Assembly: GCA_964019335.1 (NCBI GenBank)
Contig: OZ025685.1
Location: 310,001 to 374,000, forward strand
Source: Diplonema japonicum
Taxonomy: Eukaryota; Protista; Euglenozoa: Diplonemea
Direction of reading: 5' to 3'
DNA: 64,000 nt
Below are positions 12,901 through 19,652 of the stretch, piece by piece. Position 1 is the first letter of the stretch, and each line of letters starts with the position of its first letter. The position numbers and the translations under genes were made by a program. The notes under the pieces were generated by a model. That model searched no databases. It was not told the DNA's origin and worked only from the letters and a program-made list of their open reading frames with translations.

Positions 12901-13332
12901 GAAAATGTTCTGTCCGATGTTGCAACTGGTGTTATCAACCCGACTTTCAGCGATATGGAACTTGACGAAGGAGCACAGATAGATTTAAACTTCTGCAATT
13001 ATATTTACCCGAGGTTTCCGGCTGTTCCCCTCCTTTGGCCAATTCGGTATACGTTGTACAATTTCATTGCCTGTGGGGTCGTCGCTATGCTTTGCCTTTA
13101 CTACATCATTGATTACTCGTTGAGAATGGACAATACAAGGTTGTTCTACTTTTACATCTCTTGTTACGCCGCGATCATCTGGGACATCCTTGTCGTGCAG
13201 CCGTTGTACTGCTACTTCAAGACTCAACAGGAACGATTGTGTTCATATGATTCTTGGGCTTCACGGTTGGAGCTCGGGCCGAGGCCCGGCTACGCAATTG
13301 ATGAGGAAGGCTTCGATGATTTCGATGAGTAG
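988..13332 (+). CDS. Giant polycystin-1/PKDREJ-like adhesion receptor (signal peptide, ~12 Cys-containing repeats, EGF-like, REJ, GPS, 5 TM)
   Basis: Uninterrupted ORF. ATG 988 gives signal peptide MARQVYFLILLCVGAVG. EGF-like CSGHGAC..C.C..YYGPSC; REJ-like start CDGVTLDGSFSSG..YYW; GPS motif FTQDGC...TCNCSHL/TDF (~10027-10104) followed by a TM; PKD1-like TM2-3 (QKITALF) and two C-terminal TMs. Confidence 0.8.
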   Translation: MARQVYFLILLCVGAVGHEGGPDAYGYRPDRGSLGNVHRVESPDGVFPTLYEGDVLRLPVEPFWLGREVKIRFVGWGFWPGMRFTLQPANETQCSELYNINRNYTWEDPGYINQTNPKGTPWILETVTPYTDNTSVTVSPNYTTPTETTSVTETLSETGTITVTETGTATISLTENLPLKEPYFHDYFPFNFGGIRRPFGTVDVSEDGTTAVFWVPLDPYFLKVVDGFVFCLESRQATSTPVFNTSRGNVTETMTETVDGGFVDFTIDSKVTLQTYQIFDVSGPGGATTIRNATTFQNRQPFTVPFGTTAVYGLTGHIPINALDGAFSNSPKCGNLTTPRGWGLLGDVTHYVEDPMNITKIVGSETDFHFTISPPETCRLSNSSFYLCTKAYTTFPYFHPVVLYDTFTMFHFLFRVSSVTHLGETLDPSGYPSHNSTIRMITGREYSFYFKHIGLQEYMTLGVRNESCKANPDAIDTWGLTLLGNDTARVTITPQLSYVNMFLCISVTGPNVPMEFSVDTGFFVTVYTLLGVSDVVSVVNFHYGTEGFQSLVSSNLESHLRIKFEGGDGVGAFTGDESSLTSCTTDETAENQPSYITPVESGNALFFMNYTQSSKWRTMAFVCIALYPWDGSFYETMPFKVNFTSSFVNASYEAQDITPPGRIYLYKGYQVEVLFNGFGLWPHFRLAMAVDATNPCVWDLGTYISDSSPTYFENTNEDKTYAVLKTPTDWVASTTSSFYGRICMSSFLNGTDFSMDTGWKLSVMELQSVSNLQLSYFEVTYGTSAQVYTLNYVNGEIGNQIAFLRDCGDVVQYCGASAVTASQCVSTDVFDQAVISQCRSNLLGPGGYSVRRNIPSTVPTPGALLFLYDCQTSQFAVNLKVCVSPLTGGVFKDSGLRVSFLITVTSIEIDTEVRTSYQDVKFYKGMRPTIKLRGTGLFPYMRLAVMPNCTDVNLQEYVMPENETMIAMTGAWGLIENSDNAARTELQFVPPVAATSVAITGWKFCVSEYAAFSEFPSDFSIETTFTFTVVELVAVNFSRHLVIPYGDRLLMTLQGDNLQPSMQIKFQSDCASTAPTTDFCEGQFGGVPSGCRAVGTATVCYDVPPDGIAVDGMWFFLLQTMSGQHMRNLKTCVSLWPRSNQQFYDTGILIDFVIKVDATNVHGQNIQHYETILVYSKFNDFPGEELAANDPRFGRVVQLKLQGKGFRDSFRANFQEECGTLNTTGGPIMQLIPETDALGRTPSECGLGDVAAYLYLTMEHIKTGTSSRKEMCLSSLSQGTVFDARSYIYFGVVELTAISFSGSQHVSLPYGYVGDLVLYGSSLNPFMKWKIALKATRGVCDFGDTSFDAPLPFYDTGGEPRCSPAPNEGCLPYGGSLDRRFDGGTAGKVFLEHTHTYRMVENLPVCLSLWGNSRFYQTPLTVTTHVKVTSIESYNKHHYAGSGFHEDIYAYMKYSSHVITLHGWGFFDHHRVAFMQECGEFNSSKKPWEILGPFMVEPVVLPNRTSMGTFPYSSGLDRVEALVRVDLRSNLTGLRACYSVFEKSDPVHKNSFHMKLGIRLTTVDLWVNKYVNSMRSPDDPIVVIYGSSMRVLLGGNNLLPKQDVFNRFLFNVNSDCGVNVTTGTATPASLSYYSVRDPVTQQMLVDQPGFTLPSSVTRQYAHQKLCFSVYQTPYHYFLDTGYKVYLECNDAAQPCVDGTVGICDANATEYHQIVKGCTCSFAQRTNYSCSLTTQVPCNASFSCSGHGACSTDDLCACDTHYYGPSCEYCETNVADLQFTDTLKHAVLHFHTDYTTNTPLANKASNWSCDAVVPQRYGDIVLGSPECYWETPRMLHIFNGFGANPLRHVMKLRASGVSAHCSQKGTEDESPLIIPMALDVLDPKPFLLVPDRIGPCDGVTLDGSFSSGPGGELRYYWKLGNETQYSFDYALDEFLRNDTFSDIPVLHVPAGVVPRGRFNFVLTVYARISRTEATVSKVVEKLGFTNPIRLVIVIPQLSPFEVNDVERLIAVGPVEVSSYALSNAASTCYGNIFIPQNKKYKITWSVWWHTVFGDTYYKEGIPWKETTPEGSWVESPVLQQQQDKPTLFISAKMQTPTGVVEVFPVNRTAEVRVSVEMYDMDRPLVTPVAIGNVSLELRRMGTVYVYFRGGNRTVTTGFAIELVPRIDNGAEKTEVFYTEWWCNDTTMGQAEVPCPQPLLGIAVTTRDGLNNKETRTKFVLGPPTTAAIPPGKYMFTAALYVPRLDKTVITYAEIQVEAKQQTMDYLDVGIVPTNTSLFYDTVSHGLPLTLVPEISSLNPLAVYSYSWTLWTFRNTWAPLERLILSNGIDRSNNVLFLPGGVFQAGGVYVAKVLVREVDASTGLILRQANPSFTLQTFSPPHGGRARIVQKDGITLLLAEGWAVESNRYPLQYKFSNELYCTQAVGTECTCCDAGSRVLNTGVCKEVCNSCICQLLTDFTLRSYIQVTIPRTLLPNIVTYNVKVVDRLGVYHSSKVDVQTVVEDGVVGPQTPSPPDQEPWMQDVDTGGLEAIASAVSRQDVNRFLLGFAEMVTTMQFAVSRLFVRVVCSTATIPIEVTPTMTMTKSRTSSLTIPFNGTLRNITYTPLPTETVEPTVTLYSNESSKTSTLPAPICKTIYPDENEQLFLPFFPKSQALTYQVGEMLKHAGAILSSLSSTTEKKRLLELIVAATWQPAFVSRANADAAIQLTADMLYESTYLNSVESGIYQLLTTLLGQSILATASTLPDFADPAGDTTGTAGRNGKVLSAAAVTEAQRNLVRASKKKQVRSVQKLLQGVSEAVSAKLHLHDEWTISGGGILQRCRKMFSTNIRTAGSIPQGFRPISPAVFPNASVSSCTGNTCNTTNLTISIASNAEPLYSTSWEGVVDMCITAYPTIIHDYGFGIENVTGDRAIAYSIIDANGTELALDDSNIIVTLPMDARLYSRIGGVGSEKQYDPACFWFDKEPGCREITAEAECTTKCCHDSTSPFRTIMCDGCCVWSGEACAPGPRAGQDVFTQDGCMVVEYNQTTITCNCSHLTDFVQGYLPHFYNPFVATKPAPIPVRVSVPLPKIPFAASPNLLALPQVIVLPILYVTVSLISLFRERAFREVHRERKIGEKMVPPWAQTTKALDKTYMRRVDDDGLMRYIRELPFDSISKGFGNTFVHLIHLLRTYHTYANIYFISYNDNRTIIQKITALFCGITSCWAVLARLWLNADPANLTTNRCFVLSFTVSLLIGPVASVFSFVFSRTPRRAKPRSGAFMRMNEAEDKGKLKIAHEKIKLSLPSGNKAFYEILLGKQPGMVPIDEPQTKKGGWKKLKNAASVLTAMNSATRPDAEIMSPLSPLSPLAASASLQAPRLKDMNVSGIEFVIESMGDWAPGNNLTNGPLLKPATELLSERLVQGSHHIDHSDSSSADTDSEYLVLSPQEPAKTGETERRQSKKSENDADELCDSALRMDDSVMVAKYKQIQVQAIYEVKCGRFILAIHLLFMAEYRVHRQRGNMADVNHQALLTKAFGKAAKIATEFFELDLKAFRVALSFEEHTSPLWSQAVHTLRDKSNLIEAAKLFQQHFKESPVAVAWSMIEDILDVKAWVYHYYTRIHKEQVMSLEEFDATWSHALLDTAVVVNQNIGYEKDQSTEVTHEHFGFPEEKLFTRSEAVAELVKSNYVLAEFMVNHMAKGEALGNLLATDVPGEFDLYGVISEEVEEFAIDNDVEVLTANFWIRYFASMAKGVTSKTFDSVHAGQLKRILKRKSKQRKKSKVIYIPKHIEANQDTDSSESEVDPEEVEINMENAGEDPEGAYEAQLEDLYERFRQKQELLDAKLAGTQVQKEENFSTIVGNTIKFSRANRQTYFVKSYPVGFRSQGKLGLGDGTLQRPFCTIEYSVKVLSSLGYPPSCLCLLGGVYPPLRLIGLRDCDITRMSDKVQVRGSYEWEPVIVLSTCRNVKIYGLEIIHGSVGVDAATSTNTFIYENVLSDVATGVINPTFSDMELDEGAQIDLNFCNYIYPRFPAVPLLWPIRYTLYNFIACGVVAMLCLYYIIDYSLRMDNTRLFYFYISCYAAIIWDILVVQPLYCYFKTQQERLCSYDSWASRLELGPRPGYAIDEEGFDDFDE

Positions 13333-13746
13333 TCGTACCCCCCCTCAGATAAACCCGAATTTTTTTCTTTTTTTTTTGTGCTTGCACCCATCGTTCTCTC
13401 CATTCTTTTACAAGCCTTGGAGAGATGATGGGGGAAAGGCACATGGAATCATTTTTCTCGACCCCCCCCCCTTTTTTTTATCTAATAGAGCTTTTCTTTA
13501 AAAAGAAAAAGGAAAGAAAAAAAAGAAGAAGAAAAAAAAGAGCATCTTGAGAGTAAGTCCTTTTTTTTTTTTCTTTTTTTTTTTTCTTCTTTTCCTTTTT
13601 CCATGACCTCGTCCCTCTTGCTCTCGTACGCGTGATGTCGCCCTCTTCTATGCACCTTCGGCTCCTGAGATGTGGTTTCGCCCTTTTTTTCCAGTTTTCA
13701 CAAATTAACCAGGACGACAAAAAAAGAGGGGGAAAGAAAAAAAAAA

Positions 13747-14217
13747 ATGGGCAAGAAGGTTAAAATGCCTGCAAGCGGGCTGAAAAAGATTAAGGGAGCG
13801 AGACCGAAACATAAAGCATCGAAGAAAAAAGCGGGCCACAGGAAGATACTGCAAACGGCAGACCAGCTGAAGCCGAGGTGTCCGGAGAAAGGGAAGGAGG
13901 CTACCTGGTACAAAGAGAAAACCCACTACTCCATCGACAAGGCAAAAAACGGAAAAATAAAGGATGTCTTGAGAGCGGACAAGAGAAAGCTTGCGCTTGA
14001 GAATAGTTTGAACGTGAACCTCGCGATTGTGGCGAGAAAAGAGAGCACAAAGAACACGAGGAACAAGAAGGGGGCAGCTGCGGAAAAACCGGCCCCCAAA
14101 AAAGGGAAAAAACTGCAGCAGCAGCAGCAGCAGCAACAAGAACCGATGGTGGGATTCGTGGCGTTCAGCGAAATCCGAGAAAACATACAAGAAATGCTGA
14201 ATGCGAAAAAAAAATAA
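13747..14217 (+). CDS. Lys-rich small hypothetical protein (possibly nucleolar)
   Basis: ATG after A-run, MGKKVKMP..., very basic, poly-Q near C-terminus. Function is a guess from composition. Confidence 0.6.
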   Translation: MGKKVKMPASGLKKIKGARPKHKASKKKAGHRKILQTADQLKPRCPEKGKEATWYKEKTHYSIDKAKNGKIKDVLRADKRKLALENSLNVNLAIVARKESTKNTRNKKGAAAEKPAPKKGKKLQQQQQQQQEPMVGFVAFSEIRENIQEMLNAKKK

Positions 14218-14507
14218 TAGAAGGAAAAAAAAAAAAAGCGAGGGGAGGAGGGGAAAGGGGAGAAATCAGTTCATTTTCTTTTTTTTTTTTTTTTTCCTTC
14301 CATGCACGTGATGAGCTTGAGAGCCCACCCATAGACCATGGCTGCATAGAACTGATAGTTCAACGGTGGTACACATCAAGGAAAGCTAACCCTCAAAAGC
14401 CCGCTTTCTTCTAGAAAACATGTGGTCTTCTTCATCTTCTGCCCCTCGGCCTCTTCCCGTTGGTTCCGTTTGCTTGATAATAGAAAAAAAAAAAAAAGAA
14501 AAAAAAA

Positions 14508-15398
14508 ATGTTTCGAAGCAAAGCAGTACGGTTAGCTCTCGGCGGCTTGTCAGGGGTTTTCATCGCCTCCGCTCAGCAAGGGACCGTTTTACACTGCAAG
14601 GAGGAGGAAAAGAAAAAAGAACCGAAAAAACCGGTCTGGCCGCCCGGGTCGCGTTGTTACCCGAATTTTGAGTACGGCGAGTGGGTAGCAAACTGGGACG
14701 GCTTGGGGCCTCACCCTGACGCTTCCGATGACCTGAAAAAAAAACTGAGAAAGGCTCCTGTGAGACATGTAATCTTGATAAGGCACGGCCAGTATGATCT
14801 GGAGTGCAAAGGTGACCCTCCTTTGACGGACTTGGGGAAGGATCAAGCTAAGGTGGTTGCGGAGAGAATTCTACAATGGACAAAGGATGACTTCAAAAGC
14901 AGCCCGTCTGCGGACGTAGTCAACGTGAAGGTAAATTCAGTGGTATCCTCGAACATCCTCCGAGCGAAGCAAACAGGTCAAATTATTGCAGACGTTTTGG
15001 GTGTGAATGTGCAGGAGGAAGATCCTTTGCTTGCAGAGGGCGTTCCTTGCCCTTGCGATACCTATGCACCGTCACCCCGGGAGATGTTTGAAGACAGTGC
15101 TAGGATAGAAGCAGCTTTTCGGAAATACATTCACCGCTCTGTTGATGGGTACGCTGCACACGCTGAACCTCAAGACTCTTATGAAGGCCCCCCTATTTAT
15201 GATGTGATTTCCTGCCATGGCAATGTGATCCGCTATTTCATGATGCGCGCCCTGCAGCTCCCCCCTGACGCTTGGCTTCGCACCGCAACTTTTAACACCG
15301 GCATCACTCATTTGGTCATTCGCCCCACCGGCCGTGTTTCGCTAGTCGGGTTTGGTGATGTGGGACATCTTGGGCTAGACAGAACTACTTACCATTAA
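14508..15398 (+). CDS. PGAM5: PGAM5-like mitochondrial histidine-phosphatase family protein
   Basis: WVANWD (PGAM5 WDxNWD motif), LIRHGQY, RAKQT, RIEAAFRKYIHR, CHGNVIRYF..RALQLP, GDVGH; N-terminal targeting-like peptide. Confidence 0.9.
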   Translation: MFRSKAVRLALGGLSGVFIASAQQGTVLHCKEEEKKKEPKKPVWPPGSRCYPNFEYGEWVANWDGLGPHPDASDDLKKKLRKAPVRHVILIRHGQYDLECKGDPPLTDLGKDQAKVVAERILQWTKDDFKSSPSADVVNVKVNSVVSSNILRAKQTGQIIADVLGVNVQEEDPLLAEGVPCPCDTYAPSPREMFEDSARIEAAFRKYIHRSVDGYAAHAEPQDSYEGPPIYDVISCHGNVIRYFMMRALQLPPDAWLRTATFNTGITHLVIRPTGRVSLVGFGDVGHLGLDRTTYH

Positions 15399-15539
15399 AA
15401 AGAAGAAAAAAAAAAAAAGAAAAAAAAAAGGAAGGGGGGTTTTAGAAAAAAAAGTGTTTTGTTTTGTAAATGAAAGTGTGTCGGAACAAAAGATTTTTTT
15501 TTTAAAAAAAAAGGGGGAGGAGAGTGCCGACAAAGAAAA

Positions 15540-15767
15540 ATGGGGTTCCTTTCGGCCCTCATGGGCGGCGGGGAGGAATCCTTCAAATACAACGACTCCC
15601 AAGGGAAGGAGAGCTGTGTTCAAGGCGCAGCTGGGGCACACAACACGATACAAGGCGATATGTGGGCTGTGAAGAGCAACGTAAAATGCACAGAAAGGGG
15701 GTACACAAAGGAGGCGAAACAAATGACAGCGGACACGCTGGGTCTGAGAGTCTTCTTCAAAGAGTAA
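15540..15767 (+). CDS. Small 75-aa hypothetical protein
   Basis: ATG after A-run; the complex-sequence island coincides with the ORF; flanked by homopolymer DNA. Confidence 0.55.
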   Translation: MGFLSALMGGGEESFKYNDSQGKESCVQGAAGAHNTIQGDMWAVKSNVKCTERGYTKEAKQMTADTLGLRVFFKE

Positions 15768-15850
15768 CTTTATTTTAATATTTATTTCTCTCTTTTTTTT
15801 TTTTTTTCTCTTTTCGTCTACAAAAAAAAATCTTTTTAAAAAAGGAAAGC

Positions 15851-16928
15851 ATGGAAAGGCGCATCGGCTCACGCGATGACCTGATACAGGCACAGCAGCA
15901 GGAGATAGACCAGCTGCGACGCGAGCTCAGAGATGAAAGAGGACACCGCCAACAAGGGAACGAGGTAAGGGAGAGCGAACGGGAGATCGCAAGGCTGAGG
16001 CGCATGATCTCCAGCAAAGGAGAGACAATAGAAAGCTTGAAAGACGCCTTGCGAGAAGGCGAAGAGGCCCGGGAAGGAGACGAGGAAGACTACAAGGAAC
16101 TTTGCGACGCGTGTTTCGATCTAGCTTCTGCAATTGAATCCAGAACTGTCCCTGCAACACCACCACCATCGCAGGCACCGTCCTGCACACCGTTGAGATC
16201 GCAGATCGACTTGGAAACTTCGCAGCGCGAGGCTGTAGAGCAACAGTTGTCTGACTTGTCTCTGGAGACACAACGGTGCAAGGCGAAGTACTATGAAGAA
16301 CGGAAAAAACTTCTGGACGCCATTGAAAATGCTTCGCAAGCACAGCCTCAAGGCACTGCCGACCTCTCTGTTTATGACAACAACGTTGAAAGTGAAAAAC
16401 ATGTAATGGTGTGATAAGCTTTAGAAAAAAAAAAAAAAAAAAAAAAAAAAACAGCTTTTAACATTACAAGAGACGAAGGACGACCTCCTTGAGGAGTTCT
16501 CGTTGATGAGGTCAAGGCTGCGGGCGAGAATTGCGATACTGGAAAAGGTATTTTTTTTCTTTTTAAAAAAGGTAAATTAAAAAAAATAATAATTGCAGAA
16601 CAGTGAAAGCAAGCAAAGGAGAGTAGAAGAATGCCACGCCAGCAACGATGAGTTGGAGCGGAACGTGCTCGGGGTGAAAGACCGCCAACAGCGCGTCTCT
16701 GACCAATACCGATCCCGGTTGGAGAGCTCCCAGCAGACCCTCTCCCGAGCAAAGGCACGGGAAGCAAAGGCACACAGCCAGTTAACATCTTCCGCAGCGG
16801 AGTGCGAGGATTTGAAAATCTCGCTCCACTCCACCCTGGCCGGCGCGGGCCACCGGCAAAGCACCGCAGCCCTACACAGCAAAACACCACAAAGCGTACG
16901 CACCCCCGGGAGACCCGTGTATCGATAA
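15851..16928 (+). CDS. Coiled-coil protein, 3 exons (15851-16402, 16455-16547, 16599-16928)
   Basis: Removing GT-AG introns 16403-16454 and 16548-16598 joins ORF 15851..16414, an intervening open exon (LLTLQETKDD...ILEK) and ORF 16593..16928 in frame; heptad-rich. Confidence 0.7.
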
Positions 16929-17070
16929 GATTATTATTATTTCTTTTTTTTGTTTAGCATAAATGTTAGAATTTCTATTGTTTTTTTTTTTTGTTTGTGA
17001 TTTTTCTTTTTTTTTTTTTGTGTCCCCGTCTATTTTAACCCCCTTTCAGGGCAACTAAAAAAAAAAAAAA

Positions 17071-18957
17071 ATGAACGCTTTAGAAACGCTTGTCGATGAA
17101 ATCAAAGCCGAGCTGCTGGCGGGCCCGGAGGTGTCTCTCCCGGAACGCGTGAGGTACCTCCGCGAGCTGCTGGTGAGGGAAGGCGTTGTACCGATCGCCT
17201 CCGAACCCGCACAGATGGAACCACGGTCGAACAGCATGGTGGGAGGCTACGGGAGGAAGCGAAGCTCCATGCCGTTCCACGTCCACCGCAACAGCCCGTT
17301 CAAGGACGAAATCTCGTTGGAGACGAGGCAATGGGTTCACTTTCAAAGACTATGCAAACACGGACATTGGCATGGAACAGCACACCCCGCCCACCTATGC
17401 AACAAATGCGTTTCGGACTGCGGTGGCGGGGCGTGGACAAGAACAAAAGTTCGCGACAAGGAAAACCAGCTTATAAAATCCGAGAGAAAACGCATATCAT
17501 CACTGTTGAAACAAGCAATGCACATCGCTCTCCACAAATACAGAAAATCAAACCCATACATGAACTTCAAACCCTCTCAAAAAGGCGAGATGACCGCCGA
17601 GAAGATAGTGTATGACGTCCCAAGCAAGGAATGGAACACAACCCCGATCACAATCATGATAGAGGAGACATCCTTCGCCAAAGGATCGATGAGGGAATGC
17701 TGGCGAATGATTGAATCTCAAACCCAATCAAGATGCGTGGCGAAAAAGTACATGAAGGACGAGCACGCAAACGGCGGTGAAATATACTGGATCGACACAA
17801 AAATGCAAGCTGTTGCCAAATACTACGCTGAAGAATTTTCAAAACACCCGGAATGCTGGGACACCGTCGACTTCATCGAAGCCTACATGATCCGCGCCAA
17901 GGAGGAAACCGAACCAAAAGAGACCGTTCTCTCTATTGAGCACTATCTCGACGGCAACTACGTGAAACACAACAACAATTCCGGGTACTGCTTCGGGTCG
18001 AAAAACACACCGCAGGCTTTCACACACTTCTCTTGGGTTCAATCCGACGGTGATTTAATGATAGTTGACATCCAAGGCGTCGGCGAACTTTACACAGATC
18101 CACAAATCCACACAAGAGACGGGGCAGATTTCGGCGAGGGAAATCTCGGATTGACCGGAATGGCGTTGTTCTTCCACTCCCACGTGTGCAACCACATCTG
18201 CCAAACATTTAATCTGAAACCGTTCGATGTCCATCATGAAATCGGAGGGGTAAAATCATCGTGGGATGACATACGTTCTGTTATCCCCACGTCAAAGCTG
18301 TTAAACGGAGGCTTGGCCACATCTGAGGGCGCACTCCCTGTCGATCAGAAAACAGGGGAGATCCACATGGTTACAGCGCAGCTTCACGCAGCTGGAAGGT
18401 TTTCTGAGGACGGCCGTCCTCATGTGGAATCAGCTTTTCATCATTTGCAGTTAGCTGCTATGTATGATAATATCCCGGGTTTGCTGTGTCTCGCAAGAAT
18501 GTACAGCGGGTTTGATAGAGAATTTCTCCTCGACCTGACTGGCGTTCCGGAAAAACGCGATCTTTGCATTATATTGCTTCAAAAAGCGTTTCGCCTCGGG
18601 AATCGTGAAGCGTGCTGTGCGTTGGTGGGGCTTTGTTCAGACGGTGCTTACACTCCCATCGACCGGGTGCTCGTTCTAGACTGCTTGCGGTCGTGGCCCG
18701 ACACCGTTTCCGAGCCCAAGGATTTCCTCTGGGCGAATTTTGCCTTGACACCGTTATCACACAAAACCACCCTTGCAAAGATGCTTGAGTTCACGCCAGG
18801 GTGTATGCAGGAAGCTGCCGACCTTTATAATGAGGCTGCTGAGGAGGCCATGTCGGTAGGAAAAGGTTCAATGGCCACAAAGCTGTTCATGAAAGCCGAG
18901 GAACTTCAGGGTCTGGCGGACGCTGAGGAGGAGGACGAGGAGGAGGAGGAGAAGTAA
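17071..18957 (+). CDS. EEF2K: Alpha-kinase, eukaryotic elongation factor 2 kinase-like
   Basis: FAKGSMREC, VAKKY, YVKHNNNSG, PQAFTHFS, IVDIQG, YTDPQIH, FGEGNLG..GM..FF.SH.CN..C; C-terminal helical SEL1-like region ending in AEEAM..GKG.MA as in eEF2K. Confidence 0.85.
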   Translation: MNALETLVDEIKAELLAGPEVSLPERVRYLRELLVREGVVPIASEPAQMEPRSNSMVGGYGRKRSSMPFHVHRNSPFKDEISLETRQWVHFQRLCKHGHWHGTAHPAHLCNKCVSDCGGGAWTRTKVRDKENQLIKSERKRISSLLKQAMHIALHKYRKSNPYMNFKPSQKGEMTAEKIVYDVPSKEWNTTPITIMIEETSFAKGSMRECWRMIESQTQSRCVAKKYMKDEHANGGEIYWIDTKMQAVAKYYAEEFSKHPECWDTVDFIEAYMIRAKEETEPKETVLSIEHYLDGNYVKHNNNSGYCFGSKNTPQAFTHFSWVQSDGDLMIVDIQGVGELYTDPQIHTRDGADFGEGNLGLTGMALFFHSHVCNHICQTFNLKPFDVHHEIGGVKSSWDDIRSVIPTSKLLNGGLATSEGALPVDQKTGEIHMVTAQLHAAGRFSEDGRPHVESAFHHLQLAAMYDNIPGLLCLARMYSGFDREFLLDLTGVPEKRDLCIILLQKAFRLGNREACCALVGLCSDGAYTPIDRVLVLDCLRSWPDTVSEPKDFLWANFALTPLSHKTTLAKMLEFTPGCMQEAADLYNEAAEEAMSVGKGSMATKLFMKAEELQGLADAEEEDEEEEEK

Positions 18958-19652
18958 AAAAAAGGGGGGGGGGAAGGTGGGGATGGGACGGGGCAACTGA
19001 TAATGAAGCCCTGTTGTATTTTTATTTAAATTTATTTTTTTTTTCCCACGCGCACGAGGCTTTTTTTTTTTTTTTTTTTTTTTCTTTTTGCTGAAATGTA
19101 TGTGGAGGTTCTCATTTTTCTTTCTCTCCTTTCGTTCTTCGTTTTCTTGATTTTTTCTCTCTCTTTTCTTCCCTCGCAGTTAAAAAACCTGGGGTGGGTT
19201 TTGCCAGAGAAAAAAAAAAAAAAAAAAAAAAAAAGAGAGAGAAAAAAGAAGAAGCAGAAAAGAAGAGATAGAGAAACTACCGTGGCAACGTATTGGACTT
19301 TTTTTTTTTTTTTTTTTTCCGTTCCTGTTTTTTTTTTTTTTTTCCAGAGGAGAAAGAAATAATGCCTTTCTATAGGGGCGTCTAGACAAAGACCTCCTTT
19401 AACCTACCTGCTTCTTGTTTTTATTCCCCTTCACTACAAAAAAAAAAAAAGAAAATCGAGACAACCCCCTTTTTCTTTATTTAATGGGGGGGGGGGGGGG
19501 GGGGCGGCAACAACAACAACAACAACAACCAACTTTAAAAAAAAAAATATAAAAAAAAACTCTTGTTATACCCGGTTTTTTTTTTTTTTCTCTTTTTTTT
19601 TTCCACGTGCTCTCCCCTTTCATAATTTTTCTAAGGTAACAAAAAAAAAAAA

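Noticed and set aside
14308-14355. Possible box C/D snoRNA (GTGATGA ... CTGA)
   Set aside because: Only 48 nt, no terminal stem and no rRNA complementarity that I could recognise.
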